Shown here: piece by piece, positions 40,362 to 50,273 of the stretch
How the letters are laid out: each line of letters opens with the position of its first letter
How positions within the stretch are numbered: the stretch's first letter is position 1
IMG/VR virus record: IMGVR_UViG_3300005253_000011
Location: 1 to 64,000 of that record
Length of the DNA stretch: 64,000 nucleotides
From: a virus
Strand: one strand, 5' to 3'
Made by a program: the position numbers and the translations under genes
Notes under the pieces: model-generated
Seen by the model: the letters and a program-made list of their open reading frames with translations, nothing else
What the model was told of the DNA's origin: nothing
The model's database searches: none

Positions 40362-41326
40362 TGCCTACATACTCAACATTTAACCCCGCAGCCACGGATA
40401 CTCATGTCATTATCGATGAGTATGGTATGGCTGTGATTAAAGGAGATTCTGAATCTCGAAGGGATTCCCCATGGAGAACTGCCGCAGGATACAAAGCCTG
40501 GGGTGATCATGCTCTTTATACAGCAGCCATACATGGACTTCATTTTAATAATCAAGGCTGTATACGATTCCGCGATGGGAAGTATGAATATCGCCGGCAT
40601 CCAGCGCATGCTTGGGGTAGTGATATGTCCAGGGATCATGTAGCCGCATTACTCCTCCTGGTTCATTTTGGAGTTGAAGGTGTCCGCTTTGGATCTATGT
40701 ATTTACTCAGAAATATGATCAAGTTCACAAAATGGAAGATCGGTCCCAATGCCTCATTCACTATCGATATGTGGTGCTGGATGAAGGGTATCCTCAACAA
40801 ACGTTGGAGAACTCTGTTCTATATGATCACTATTCCGTATATATCTGTGGTCGCACGGTGGAATGCCATACTACTCAAGAAGGGTAATTTCACTGTTCCG
40901 GATCTCCAGCAGCATGATTTTGTATACAGGAGAATCAATCACGACGTCACAGAGGAGCAGGACAAACTCAGGAAGCGGATGTTTCCATACTACGCCCTTA
41001 CGGGGATGGCATGGATGAATCATATCAACCCTGATAGCCCAGGCAAGCGCTGGCTGTCTAAAATCATCCGGGGGATGTGTGGTGCCCATAACTACCTTGT
41101 GCGTCTCCTGACGGACGATATGACCGTTACAAAGGGTCAGGTCATCATGTGGGTAGAAATGACTGGAGCGCCCTTCTCAGTGCTCATGAATGAAGCCACA
41201 AGCAGAGATATCAGGTTCCTGACTCTGGAGGAGGGGGAACATAACAGACTTTATGGAGATTTATTAATAACCATCTGGAACGAAAAACATCCAGAAGATC
41301 AGATTAGAGAAAGGAAAATATTATGA
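40361..41326 (+). CDS. hypothetical protein
   Basis: 321-aa ORF, no recognised motif. Confidence 0.65.
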   Translation: MPTYSTFNPAATDTHVIIDEYGMAVIKGDSESRRDSPWRTAAGYKAWGDHALYTAAIHGLHFNNQGCIRFRDGKYEYRRHPAHAWGSDMSRDHVAALLLLVHFGVEGVRFGSMYLLRNMIKFTKWKIGPNASFTIDMWCWMKGILNKRWRTLFYMITIPYISVVARWNAILLKKGNFTVPDLQQHDFVYRRINHDVTEEQDKLRKRMFPYYALTGMAWMNHINPDSPGKRWLSKIIRGMCGAHNYLVRLLTDDMTVTKGQVIMWVEMTGAPFSVLMNEATSRDIRFLTLEEGEHNRLYGDLLITIWNEKHPEDQIRERKIL

Positions 41327-41719
41327 GTGACAAGATTTGTATGACTAGAAAAGAGGCTGATTACGTGTGGAATTGTCTACCGGACTGGATTAAGGAAGTC
41401 CCTGGACCTGATATTCCTTTAGATCCAACGTTTTTTGGTACCTTATCAAGAGAAACTGACCTGATAGTTCATAACAATATGAAAAAAATACTTCAAAAAT
41501 GATGGGAACCGAAAACGTCCCGCTTAAGGAGGACACCAAATTAATGGCAGCCTGGAGGAGACTTACCTTTCTACCGGCTATAGTAGCCCTGTTTGTAATG
41601 GGTGCCATAGGAGTGATAGTAGTAATTGTAACATGGATTCCGTTTGGGGCAGAGTCCATAAGAGGTTGGTGGAGAGACATCATTCTTGATCCTATCATCA
41701 ATTTTATAGCGGAGGTGAA

Positions 41720-42184
41720 ATGAAGAAATACGTAATAGTTGATATTGACGGCACTATAGCTCACAATCCTATTCGCCAGGCTAAGATCCTCCAGAAGCTG
41801 GAGATTACTCCTATTGAGGAAATGCCATGGGCAGAGTTATTTGAGGATTGTTTGATGGATACGCCCATTTGGCCGGTCATTGATTTAATGCTTGCAATAG
41901 CTGATAAGTACCATGTTGTATTCTGCACCAGCCGGGATATTGATTTTAGAGATAAAACCCGGATTTGGATTGATACGTATACCGGTTTAATTTGTGCTCC
42001 CCTGCTTATGCGGAAGTCTATAAATGATTATCGATCAGATAGCATCATTAAACCGGAGCTATTGGTGAGAGCCGGGATCACCATTAATAATACAGCCTTC
42101 ATCCTGGAGGATAAGAACTCCATGGTTGCTACCTGGAGAGAACTTGGATTTACTGTTTTACAACCTATCAATAACGAATATTAA
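41720..42184 (+). CDS. HAD-family phosphatase (polynucleotide kinase 3'-phosphatase-like)
   Basis: VIVDIDGTIA, CTSR, LLMRK..DYRSD..IK and LEDK motifs as in the T4 PseT phosphatase domain. Confidence 0.85.
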   Translation: MKKYVIVDIDGTIAHNPIRQAKILQKLEITPIEEMPWAELFEDCLMDTPIWPVIDLMLAIADKYHVVFCTSRDIDFRDKTRIWIDTYTGLICAPLLMRKSINDYRSDSIIKPELLVRAGITINNTAFILEDKNSMVATWRELGFTVLQPINNEY

Positions 42185-42198
42185 AAAACACAACACAA

Positions 42199-42621
42199 AT
42201 GGAATTAATTAAATTATTTTTATGGTCACTATGGGTGACCACTGTTATCGCCGGTATTGGCGTAATCGCTGATCTCTGGTTAATTAACTTTAAGTTCAAA
42301 CCCTGGCTCAAGCCTAAATGGTTATGGAACCTGGTTGAGCTTGTGGCTATATTTGGCCTGATTAACTGTAGGGGGTGGTCTCCACTTCCCTGGTGGCATA
42401 TGGCCCCATTATATGCTTCTATGGTTTTTGTCTGGTGGGCGGTGCATGATTGCTGGCTGGGATGGGGACTTAATGAGGGTCCTTTCTTTTTAGGTCAGAG
42501 CAAATGGGACCGGTTCTTTTTCCGGATCTTCAACCAATTCGGGTTGCCGGCTGGGCTTAACTTCCTTATTGTTAAACTATTCTGGGGCTTCTTAGCAGCC
42601 GCCGCATTCTTTTCATTATGA
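42199..42621 (+). CDS. multi-pass membrane protein
   Basis: Several hydrophobic Trp-rich segments. Confidence 0.6.
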   Translation: MELIKLFLWSLWVTTVIAGIGVIADLWLINFKFKPWLKPKWLWNLVELVAIFGLINCRGWSPLPWWHMAPLYASMVFVWWAVHDCWLGWGLNEGPFFLGQSKWDRFFFRIFNQFGLPAGLNFLIVKLFWGFLAAAAFFSL

Positions 42622-43103
42622 AAAAATTAAGTAGAAAACTATTAACGTTCGTATTATTGGCAACTTTATTAAGTTGTAAGTGTTACCTACAACAGCTTCC
42701 AACACAGTTGGTATATGTTGATTCTAATTGCATCGCAATGATTCCGGATTATTTACCTGCAGTTACGGTATTGGGTAATTGTGATGATGATGTAGTTACT
42801 CAAACACCCCCAGCCGGCACAATCATGGATGAACCTTATGGGACTGTAACGATCAAAGCGATAGATGAATTCCAGAATGCTGATTCTATTGTATTTGATA
42901 TAATCAGAGTGGATAATATTGCGCCCGTACTAACTATGGACACCACTTTGATAAATGCCTATGTTCCACCGGTGAGTGTTGATTCTATGATCCTGGTAAC
43001 CATAACCGGTCCAGGAGATGCGGGTACCTTCGGTGCTCTTACAAAACCCGGGAAACACGTTGTTATAATGGATGATCGACAATTTAATAAATATATGCAA
43101 TGA
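42618..43103 (+). CDS. lipoprotein with HYR/Ig-like repeat
   Basis: Lipobox LLSC; IPDY....V..NC.....TQTP.AGT....VTI.A.D...N...D..AP. Confidence 0.6.
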   Translation: MKKLSRKLLTFVLLATLLSCKCYLQQLPTQLVYVDSNCIAMIPDYLPAVTVLGNCDDDVVTQTPPAGTIMDEPYGTVTIKAIDEFQNADSIVFDIIRVDNIAPVLTMDTTLINAYVPPVSVDSMILVTITGPGDAGTFGALTKPGKHVVIMDDRQFNKYMQ

Positions 43104-43314
43104 GTAAACACACGAGAACTTACACAGTACAGGACCTGAACAGGGCCCTGATCAAGCAAGGGATGTTACCACCATCCGCACAAATTGATCGTATTGACGT
43201 ACATGAAGATAGGTGTATTGTTGATATTTTGTTTGACGCAGATGATTGTGTTAAGAAATAAATGACTATCTTTGTATTTGGAATTGTTAAACCTTTTTAT
43301 AAATCTAGTGTACT

Positions 43315-43554
43315 ATGAGATTATCGAATTTTAGTTTTAAGAAGAATCCTATTTCGACTATTTTTGGCCTGTTGGTCATTGTAGCCGGATTACTTCCTTT
43401 TGTGCTTCCTGGCAGGATTAGCCTGAGTGAAGCTGTAGAGGTAGGAGAAGGGTTAAAGGCGGTTGAAGTGCTTATCGTTCAATTCGTCGCAGAGGCCGCT
43501 GGTCTTGTTTCCTTGTTCGGCAAGGACTTGGCTGGTATCCCGGACGCAGAATAA
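43315..43554 (+). CDS. small membrane protein (holin-like)
   Basis: KNPISTIFGL..., two hydrophobic segments; own promoter element (43267) and terminator. Confidence 0.45.
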   Translation: MRLSNFSFKKNPISTIFGLLVIVAGLLPFVLPGRISLSEAVEVGEGLKAVEVLIVQFVAEAAGLVSLFGKDLAGIPDAE

Positions 43555-43581
43555 TTGAGAGTGTTTCATATGCTGTGTTTT

Positions 43582-43612
43582 CCCCTGGGGGCCTGTCTCC
43601 CGGGGGTTTTTT
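43582..43612 (+). terminator. intrinsic terminator
   Basis: CCCCTGGGGG/CTCCCGGGGG stem followed by TTTTTT. Confidence 0.75.
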
Positions 43613-43635
43613 AACCTTACATTAAATCATTACTT

Positions 43636-43896
43636 ATGGCATTCAATAAGAGACTTTACAAGTGTTTATGGAGGGATAAGGTAGACCTGCTGTTCTGGCT
43701 GGCTATCATATTCTTCTTTGTGTATTCCCAGGTAAAGGGCAAGGACGTCAGCGGACTGCTGGTTGTCGTGATCTTTTACCTCTATAACGCCATGATCCGG
43801 CTGAACCATTATTGGCAGGACCGGGCGAAGATGTTCAATTTCCTGAAAAAGCACGGGTACAATATAGATGATGTCCTGGATCAAGAAGACCTTTAA
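43636..43896 (+). CDS. small membrane protein
   Basis: Two TM-like segments. Confidence 0.55.
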   Translation: MAFNKRLYKCLWRDKVDLLFWLAIIFFFVYSQVKGKDVSGLLVVVIFYLYNAMIRLNHYWQDRAKMFNFLKKHGYNIDDVLDQEDL

Positions 43897-44120
43897 TTTG
43901 TCTAGTTTTTACTGGTAAAAACGTGACTTATCATTTATATGCAATATACAAAATCACTGATAACTAGCTGTTTTATATTTAATTGCATATAGCCGAAAAA
44001 CGGCTTCACAGGAGCTCACCTACTGCACGATCTCCATGTAGGTGGACCCAAGGTATTACCCAATATCAGCTATTTTACCGATAGTACTGCTTTAACGGTA
44101 ATATTACCGATTACGAACAG

Positions 44121-44142
44121 AAAACCCCCAATTACGGGGGTT
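44121..44142. terminator. terminator between convergent gene blocks
   Basis: AAAACCCCC-loop-GGGGGTT. Confidence 0.6.
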
Positions 44143-44175
44143 ATTGCTGCTAGAGAAGTAAGGAGTTAAGAATAG

Positions 44176-45057
44176 CTATTCTACTTTAGATCTAAAGTAA
44201 GTTGCCCAACAGCGGTACGCAGTTTTCTCGTATGGACCACACATAAGTCCACATTTGTTTGGATGATCCCAACCATGCATATCCATAGGACATGATCCGG
44301 TAAACATCGTAACCTCTAAAGAGGCCAGTAGTAATGCTTCGTGAAGTTCTGTTTCTACGCTCATGTTCCGTAATTACTGAAATAAAGTATTATAAATAAA
44401 ACTGTTGCAACTCCCAGAAGGAGTATCCATCGCCAAGGGCCGGGCCAGCTTTTTAGTGGTCTATCATACGTGTACTCATTAATGAAGTCCTGTATCTCTT
44501 CCTCATTGATGTCCTTATAGGTACCGCCATCGCCGAATCCTACTAGTTGTTCCCTGTACCGGAAAACTTCGCCGGAATATTCCAGTGGTTGATCTAATTC
44601 TCTCATAAGCTTTCGAATATTTCTTCTATGTCAATGAAGTACATCGCCTGCTCTACCTTATTAACAATGATCATGGCCGTTTCACGGGTGAATTGCGGAT
44701 CATCGCTAGTCAGGAATTCTAATGCGTATGCCCTTATCTGATCTTCAATTATATCAGCCTGGGTTTTGTAGTGGCCATAACCACTTCCGAATTTTATGAA
44801 TTTGTGTGTCATACTTTTGCCCTTTCGTTAAGAATATTAAGCAGTAACTCAGCCTCAAATGGAGTAAGTAGGATACCTTCTTCATACCCCCAGCTCTTTT
44901 CATCGTAGCCATAATCGCCATCTGCACAGAAACGTCCCACCTGCTCAATCAGCTCCTGGCGTACTTCGGCCTCTGTTGGCCTTTTGGCTTCCGGGTAAAG
45001 TTGATGGTGCAGACCTGCTTTGATCTGATCATCCATTTTTTGTTTCATGTCGCTCAT
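44176..45057 (-). CDS. four coupled small hypothetical ORFs (44176-44364, 44361-44606, 44603-44812, 44809-45057)
   Basis: Consecutive ATGA start/stop overlaps. Confidence 0.6.
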
Positions 45058-45149
45058 ACTTTTTTTGGTTTTATGGGCAATATTGAGCCCTTTAATAAAT
45101 TCAAATTTGCTTTGCTCATGCTTTAATCATCTGATAATCAATTAGTTAG

Positions 45150-45224
45150 TAGCGGGAGATGGATTCGAACCACCAGCCATCAACTTATCAGGCTGGTGCT
45201 CTGACTATGCTGAGCTATACCTAT
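45150..45224 (-). pseudogene. degenerate tRNA-Ile(GAT) with mispaired acceptor stem
   Basis: D arm GCTC/GAGC, loop CTGATAA and T arm GGTGG-TTCGAAT-CCATC are present; acceptor ATAGGTA/TCCCGCT has 3 mismatches. Confidence 0.65.
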
Positions 45225-45344
45225 AAGCGAGCATGTCACTCGCTAATTTATCAGCGCACTCATCACATATTGTAAGTGGCTTGATAAGATGCGGGATATA
45301 CTTTTTTCCGCACTTAACACATTTTCTTGTATAATCTTCCATAG

Positions 45345-45417
45345 AGCTGAAGAGAGGATTCGAACCCCTGGCCAGTTCCTTACAAGGGAACAGCTCTACC
45401 AACTGAGCTACTTCAGC
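45345..45417 (-). tRNA. tRNA-Thr(TGT)
   Basis: Full cloverleaf: GCTGAAG/CTTCAGC, anticodon loop CTTGTAA; CCA not encoded. Confidence 0.92.
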
Positions 45418-45508
45418 ATTGCCGGGTTGAAAACTACGCCATTTAAACCTCCCCCGGCGGGACTGGAGTTTTGCTCCACTCATCCCATAAATTTGAGCTG
45501 TACAGATC

Positions 45509-45667
45509 TTAATATGGCCTCTTGAAGATCCCATACCCACTTTCGAGTATTAGAACCAGCTCCCAGCCCTCATGACCAAATTCGTTCAATTTCTCCCGAA
45601 GCAACCTGTTGTCGTTTCGATGCATGTACATTGTGTTGTAATTCCATCTTTTCTTGAATAATCTCAT
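45509..45667 (-). CDS. DUF4177-like small protein
   Basis: W.Y......L.EKLNEFG.EGWELV...FKRP. Confidence 0.55.
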   Translation of the reverse strand: MRLFKKRWNYNTMYMHRNDNRLLREKLNEFGHEGWELVLILESGYGIFKRPY

Positions 45668-46058
45668 CGTTTTATATTTTAGTCTGCAATCGTTGCAAAT
45701 ATTAGATCCACATATAATACTTCCGATATCTGGCACATAATGTGACCACTAGCGAAAGCCTTGCTTCCTTCAAAGTCTTCCAGGTCGCCATGCTATCATC
45801 TTCATCCATCATTGGGATCGTCATCGATGGATCGCCGTCTTTTAAACATAGTATTCCGTACATTATTTTAGTTTTGTGAGTGCGATTAATACTGATTCTA
45901 CTTCTTCCATGCCAACCGGATACTCCCCCTCATGAGTGATGTTACTGAGTTCGTCAATTAAATGATAATCAAACTCCCAACTATTGTACCAGTCACCTTT
46001 GTTAAAGTCGACATGCATTGGCCGCATGCCTCAAGTCTTTTAGTTTTCCCATAGTCTG

Positions 46059-46334
46059 TTATTCAAAACCGCCGTATGTAACTACTCTGGAGACTTCCTT
46101 CTCACACACCGTACATATCTGTATATCAGTGTACTTAGCTTTGTGAAGGTAACCCCCAGCGACATATTCATTCTCTTCTCTTACATGCTTGTGAGGACAG
46201 ATACCCTGTAATTCCTTTAGAAGCTCTCGTACCGTAGTCTCTGCGGTAATAGTCTCATCTTGTAAAGTTTTAATGTGGTTTCTATAACACACTATCTGTT
46301 TAATAAGATTCGCTCGTCTCTCCTTCTTTTTCAT
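46059..46334 (-). CDS. hypothetical protein (CPH...CxxC)
   Basis: 91-aa ORF. Confidence 0.55.
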   Translation of the reverse strand: MKKKERRANLIKQIVCYRNHIKTLQDETITAETTVRELLKELQGICPHKHVREENEYVAGGYLHKAKYTDIQICTVCEKEVSRVVTYGGFE

Positions 46335-46360
46335 CGTTTTACCTTTAATAATAAGTTATG

Positions 46361-46433
46361 TAGCCCCACGGAGAATCGAACTCCGGTATTCAGCATGAAA
46401 AGCTGACGTCCTGGTCCACTAGACGACAGGGCC
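46361..46433 (-). tRNA. tRNA-Glu(TTC)
   Basis: Cloverleaf GGCCCTG/TGGGGCT, anticodon loop TTTTCAT, T arm CGGAG-TTCGATT-CTCCG. Confidence 0.88.
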
Positions 46434-46787
46434 ATTCCTATAACCATTTACATTCACTTATCTTGGCTCGGCAAGACTGCCGTTTACCATCAATCTTAAC
46501 TGCCTTCCCATCTACGTGAGAGTAATTGGGATAAAAGGGGATCGCCCAGACCATATACTCCCGGTCCTCATACATGAATCTCTGGTACATTACTGGTTTC
46601 CTACCCATTATCTCATTTTGTTATCCGTAAGGAATTCCGTCAACCTCTCTCCCATCTTCTCAACATCATCATGTGTGAATCCTTTCTCCATCATGACATC
46701 AGTGAATGATTGCCAGCGCCCAGCTACGAAATGATCGTAGTCTGAAATGATTTCTAAAACTTGTGCATCCATAATCTTAATTATTAG

Positions 46788-46828
46788 TGCCAAGGTGAGG
46801 AGTCGAACCCCCATACCCGGTCCCTGGC
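46788..46828 (-). ncRNA. mini-tRNA-like element (acceptor stem + T arm, no D or anticodon arm)
   Basis: GCCAGGG-ACCGGGTA-TGGGGG-TTCGACT-CCTCA-CCTTGGC-A. Confidence 0.6.
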
Positions 46829-46850
46829 TACTCCTAGAAGTATCGCAATG

Positions 46851-46925
<75 letters not shown>

Positions 46926-47005
46926 ATATTAATTACATTGATATTCACTTGGTGAGCACCCGCATAACGCGCAATGTTCACTAGCGCCTTCATAATCGTG
47001 TTCTT

Positions 47006-47158
47006 TCATGATTGTTCCTGTTCTTTAAACCGGTCAAAGGTACGGATAATTAAATCAATAACTGCCTTATCCATTTCCTCAACCGACATTTCATATAAAG
47101 GCTTTTCGTAAATTGCCTGTATTTTGTCGTTTAGTTTTCGTGCTTCTACTTTATTCAT
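47006..47158 (-). CDS. hypothetical protein (50 aa, not in ORF track)
   Basis: MNKVEARKLNDKIQAIYEK...; directly downstream of a TATATTTG promoter element at 47163-47170. Confidence 0.5.
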   Translation of the reverse strand: MNKVEARKLNDKIQAIYEKPLYEMSVEEMDKAVIDLIIRTFDRFKEQEQS

Positions 47159-47228
47159 GGTGCAAATATAAACATAATTCACGACTTATAACTATAATTC
47201 ACGGAAATAATGATTCTAAATAACACAC

Positions 47229-48285
47229 TGCCACTTTGTCAGGCTTTATGGAAGTAGCACTGCCATTTTGTCAGGGTGGTATTACTGGTAAGTAATTGCC
47301 AATTATTGCCACTAAAGCGGGTTTGCTGGTAATAATTTGCTTGTCCAGTATCTCATGCATTAATGGCCATATACCGGTTTAATGTCCAGTTTCTCATACA
47401 CTGCGTTCAAAATTTGATTGTGTTCAAGTTACGTGAACACGTGAACACATGTCGCCAATATATCCTATATATGCGACGGCAGATACATAAAATACACGTT
47501 TGTCGTCGTTAGCACGTTAGGTACCCGGACCTCCTTCAGTGCGCTAGGGCACCATAGGGACATGTTTCCGTTTGTCTACATAAATGTATAGATCCGGAAA
47601 TAGGGGACCCGAGCGACATCTGTGTCGGTCACCTAGATACTCGACTACCTCTGCAGGAGATGGGACCCGCCTGAGCCATTTGAGCCGCTTGTGAGCCATT
47701 TTCTCAGATAGGGGTCCCAACTATATAGGATAGGGGTCCCAAATGTCCTGTGGGGGATTAAAGTGTGCGCCAGAGACTGTATACGTGGATGCAGGGGGTC
47801 GCTTTGTGAACGAAACTCGACTCGATCCACGCGCGTGACGGTTAGGGTCCCCTATTGCGTTCTTAACTGACTCACAGCGTGTTGATGCAATTAGTCCTAT
47901 AATGATTATTATGTTAAGTAGACGCATGCACCCCTGTGTATCAGGTACATGGCACGTATGAGGGTGCACGCATGCGGGGCAAAACAGCCCATACGTGGCT
48001 ACATAAATTAAATCACATAAGCGTGTGCGGTGGATAATTCATCTGGCCTACAGGCTACTGTTCATGGGGTGCACAGAGCCACGTCCACAAGTCAACAGGC
48101 ATAGGGTGTACAGAGACACATAATTACAGACCTAATGACACAGTGACACGAATGTACACAATAGTAACACCGACTGCCATTATGTCATGCTCTCTGCCAC
48201 ACTGTCATGTCATGGTATCAGCACATTACCCACGCTCACCTGACATGTTGTCATGCTATTGCCCTCACTGTCTGCCATTATGTCA
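47229..48285. repeat. clustered TG(C/A)CA-N3-TGTCA operator-like motifs
   Basis: Copies at 47229, 47261, 48175, 48195, 48241 and 48273 (also 29820 and 29833). Confidence 0.7.
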
Positions 48286-49118
48286 TGCTCCCCTCACGTG
48301 CGTGTGTGCGCTCTTTATCCTATTATTCATACAATATCATATCATTTTGTACTATTGCTCATACATTATCGCATATCGGGATACGCAATAGCACCGTTAA
48401 CAGCACCGACAATGATAACGGTTCGATAGAATCGTTCTAAATAAGCCTGAATAACCTATTTACAGGTCTGTAGCGCGTTTGTGTATCATAACGCTACAGT
48501 TGACTAAGCTCTTAGTTTGTTTTTTAACATTTGCTCTGCAGCCCCCGGCGCACTAAGGACACACGTGGTTGTACGCACTCAATTATAACTATTTCATCAT
48601 CTAAGAACCATTCTAAATAAGGTCAGCAACACACTCACTATCAGCGGGATACAACGCCGGCTATCTGCTAACTTACTGGCCTGTTGTATTTTAACCTTCC
48701 AGTATTTATTACGTAATTGCTCCCAGTTCATTGACATATTGAGAGCGCGACCGGCAAGCACCGGACGTAAGCAGGGCAGGCAGCCAAAATTGAAGAGATA
48801 CACTATAGACCAGCACACGCCGCTGGCAGTGTTAACCACAGAGATGGTTACGAGATCCCGGGAACACATAGCGCACCGGAACAATAAGACAGAGGTATAA
48901 GGCCTGCAAAGTTAGACGGTTAAACAAGACTATTCAGATGGTGAGGATATATTCTTTTATTACCCCTTACGGGTCTTATACTTCAATGACGAATAGTCTA
49001 CTAATTATTACATATAATAAAACCTCATAACTCTAGTAACATGGTATTGCGGTAACCAGTATAGAGTGTGCATACTCTATGCGTACGGTTTAAAACGGGG
49101 ATTCGCATCCCTTTGACA

Positions 49119-49160
49119 GCCAGTATGGTACTCGCTTAAGTTCGCATCTTAAGCAGGGCG
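49119..49160 (+). ncRNA. mini-tRNA-like intergenic element 1
   Basis: GCCAG-TATGGTA-CTC-GCTTAAG-TTCGCAT-CTTAAGC-AGGGC. Confidence 0.7.
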
Positions 49161-49188
49161 CGACGTTTAACCAATTTAATATAACATT

Positions 49189-49404
49189 ATGAAAAAATTT
49201 GCTTTTAATGGCCGTAACTATCAGATAGAGAACGGTCTGGTTCACTCTGTAGATAATTCACAGGATTTTACAACATTAGATCCTGTTTACAGGGGTGACA
49301 ATGTGATCCTAGACGGTCACTGTGATGCACTTGGTTTTAAATTGTATGACAGGCCTTCAGGGATACGTGCGTATGGTAATCAGCTTGGATCACGCTCAAA
49401 ATAG
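49189..49404 (+). CDS. early hypothetical protein
   Basis: 71 aa, flanked by elements 1 and 2. Confidence 0.65.
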   Translation: MKKFAFNGRNYQIENGLVHSVDNSQDFTTLDPVYRGDNVILDGHCDALGFKLYDRPSGIRAYGNQLGSRSK

Positions 49405-49445
49405 CCTGTATGGTACTCGCCTGAGTTCAAATCTCAGGCAGGGCA
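49404..49445 (+). ncRNA. mini-tRNA-like intergenic element 2
   Basis: GCCTG-TATGGTA-CTC-GCCTGAG-TTCAAAT-CTCAGGC-AGGGC. Confidence 0.75.
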
Positions 49446-49596
49446 CAAACGTTTAACTAAATTAAATATTATGAAAGATTATTATCAATCAGAACTGCTG
49501 AGTGTACAGCTGCAAGTTGAAGAACTTTCTTATTACTTACAGACTATACAAACAGTTTAATTATTCCTATTAATAAGTAACTAACAAACTAGTAAC

Positions 49597-49773
49597 ATGG
49601 ATTATTTAACAGAAGTACGCAACAATTTACAGGCCGCTAAAGATCGCAAAGCGATTGCAATAGCTGAAGAGAACCGCAAACAACGCGGTGCAAAGTTTGG
49701 TATTATATTGCTGATAGCTGTAATGTTCACCGTTATCATATTATTTGGCGATAATATAGCCAATTGGTGTTAA
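49597..49773 (+). CDS. small membrane-anchored early protein (58 aa, not in ORF track)
   Basis: MDYLTEVRNN...FGIILLIAVMFTVIILFG; its stop abuts element 3. Confidence 0.6.
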   Translation: MDYLTEVRNNLQAAKDRKAIAIAEENRKQRGAKFGIILLIAVMFTVIILFGDNIANWC

Positions 49774-49816
49774 CCCGTATGGTATACAGGGACAGGTTCG
49801 ACTCCTGTCCCGGGTT
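49772..49816 (+). ncRNA. mini-tRNA-like intergenic element 3
   Basis: AACCCG-TATGGTA-TACAG-GGACAGG-TTCGACT-CCTGTCC-CGGGTT. Confidence 0.8.
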
Positions 49817-49840
49817 CGACGTTTAACCAAATCAAATATT

Positions 49841-50044
49841 ATGAAAAGAACATCTATTTATACCTGTAAGACTTACAAAGGCATTAATCCTGGCAGCACT
49901 ATTTATATTGATTTAGATAGTCAGTATATGTTTACAGTTAGCAGAGATGAAAAACAGCTAACATATTATCCGACATTCGACCGAGCTTTACAGTATGTGA
50001 CTGAGTATCTGAGAATGAACGGTGTACAATTAGAAATTATTTAA
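49841..50044 (+). CDS. early hypothetical protein
   Basis: 67 aa. Confidence 0.6.
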   Translation: MKRTSIYTCKTYKGINPGSTIYIDLDSQYMFTVSRDEKQLTYYPTFDRALQYVTEYLRMNGVQLEII

Positions 50045-50059
50045 CCAATATTTAAAATT

Positions 50060-50233
50060 ATGAAAACATACAAATTTGAAATTATTGCCACTATCAAAAA
50101 GATAGTAGAAGTAGATAGTGAGGACATGCAAACAGCTGAAGAGCAGGCCAATGAGTTATTCAATCCAAATAATGATGGATCTGAAGAATTTTATGGTCAA
50201 GAATCGTTCCTTATTAGCGTTTACCACAAATAG
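50060..50233 (+). CDS. early hypothetical protein (57 aa, not in ORF track)
   Basis: MKTYKFEIIATIKKIVEVDSED..AEEQA; its stop abuts element 4. Confidence 0.6.
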   Translation: MKTYKFEIIATIKKIVEVDSEDMQTAEEQANELFNPNNDGSEEFYGQESFLISVYHK

Positions 50234-50273
50234 CCAGTATGGTACTTGCCTGGGATCGTTTCCCAGGCTGGCA
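50233..50273 (+). ncRNA. mini-tRNA-like intergenic element 4
   Basis: GCCAG-TATGGTA-CTT-GCCTGGG-ATCGTTT-CCCAGG-CTGGC. Confidence 0.7.

Noticed and set aside
45421-45486. Theta/HDV-like ribozyme next to tRNA-Thr
   Set aside because: The hairpins lie 5' of the tRNA rather than 3', and I could not build the nested double pseudoknot.
47035-47042. TACCTTTG promoter-like 8-mer
   Set aside because: It lies inside a coding frame and has no properly spaced -33 TTTG.
47645-48884. Short ORFs in the non-coding control region
   Set aside because: They have atypical composition, lack the AT-rich leader seen before real genes, and overlap repeat motifs.
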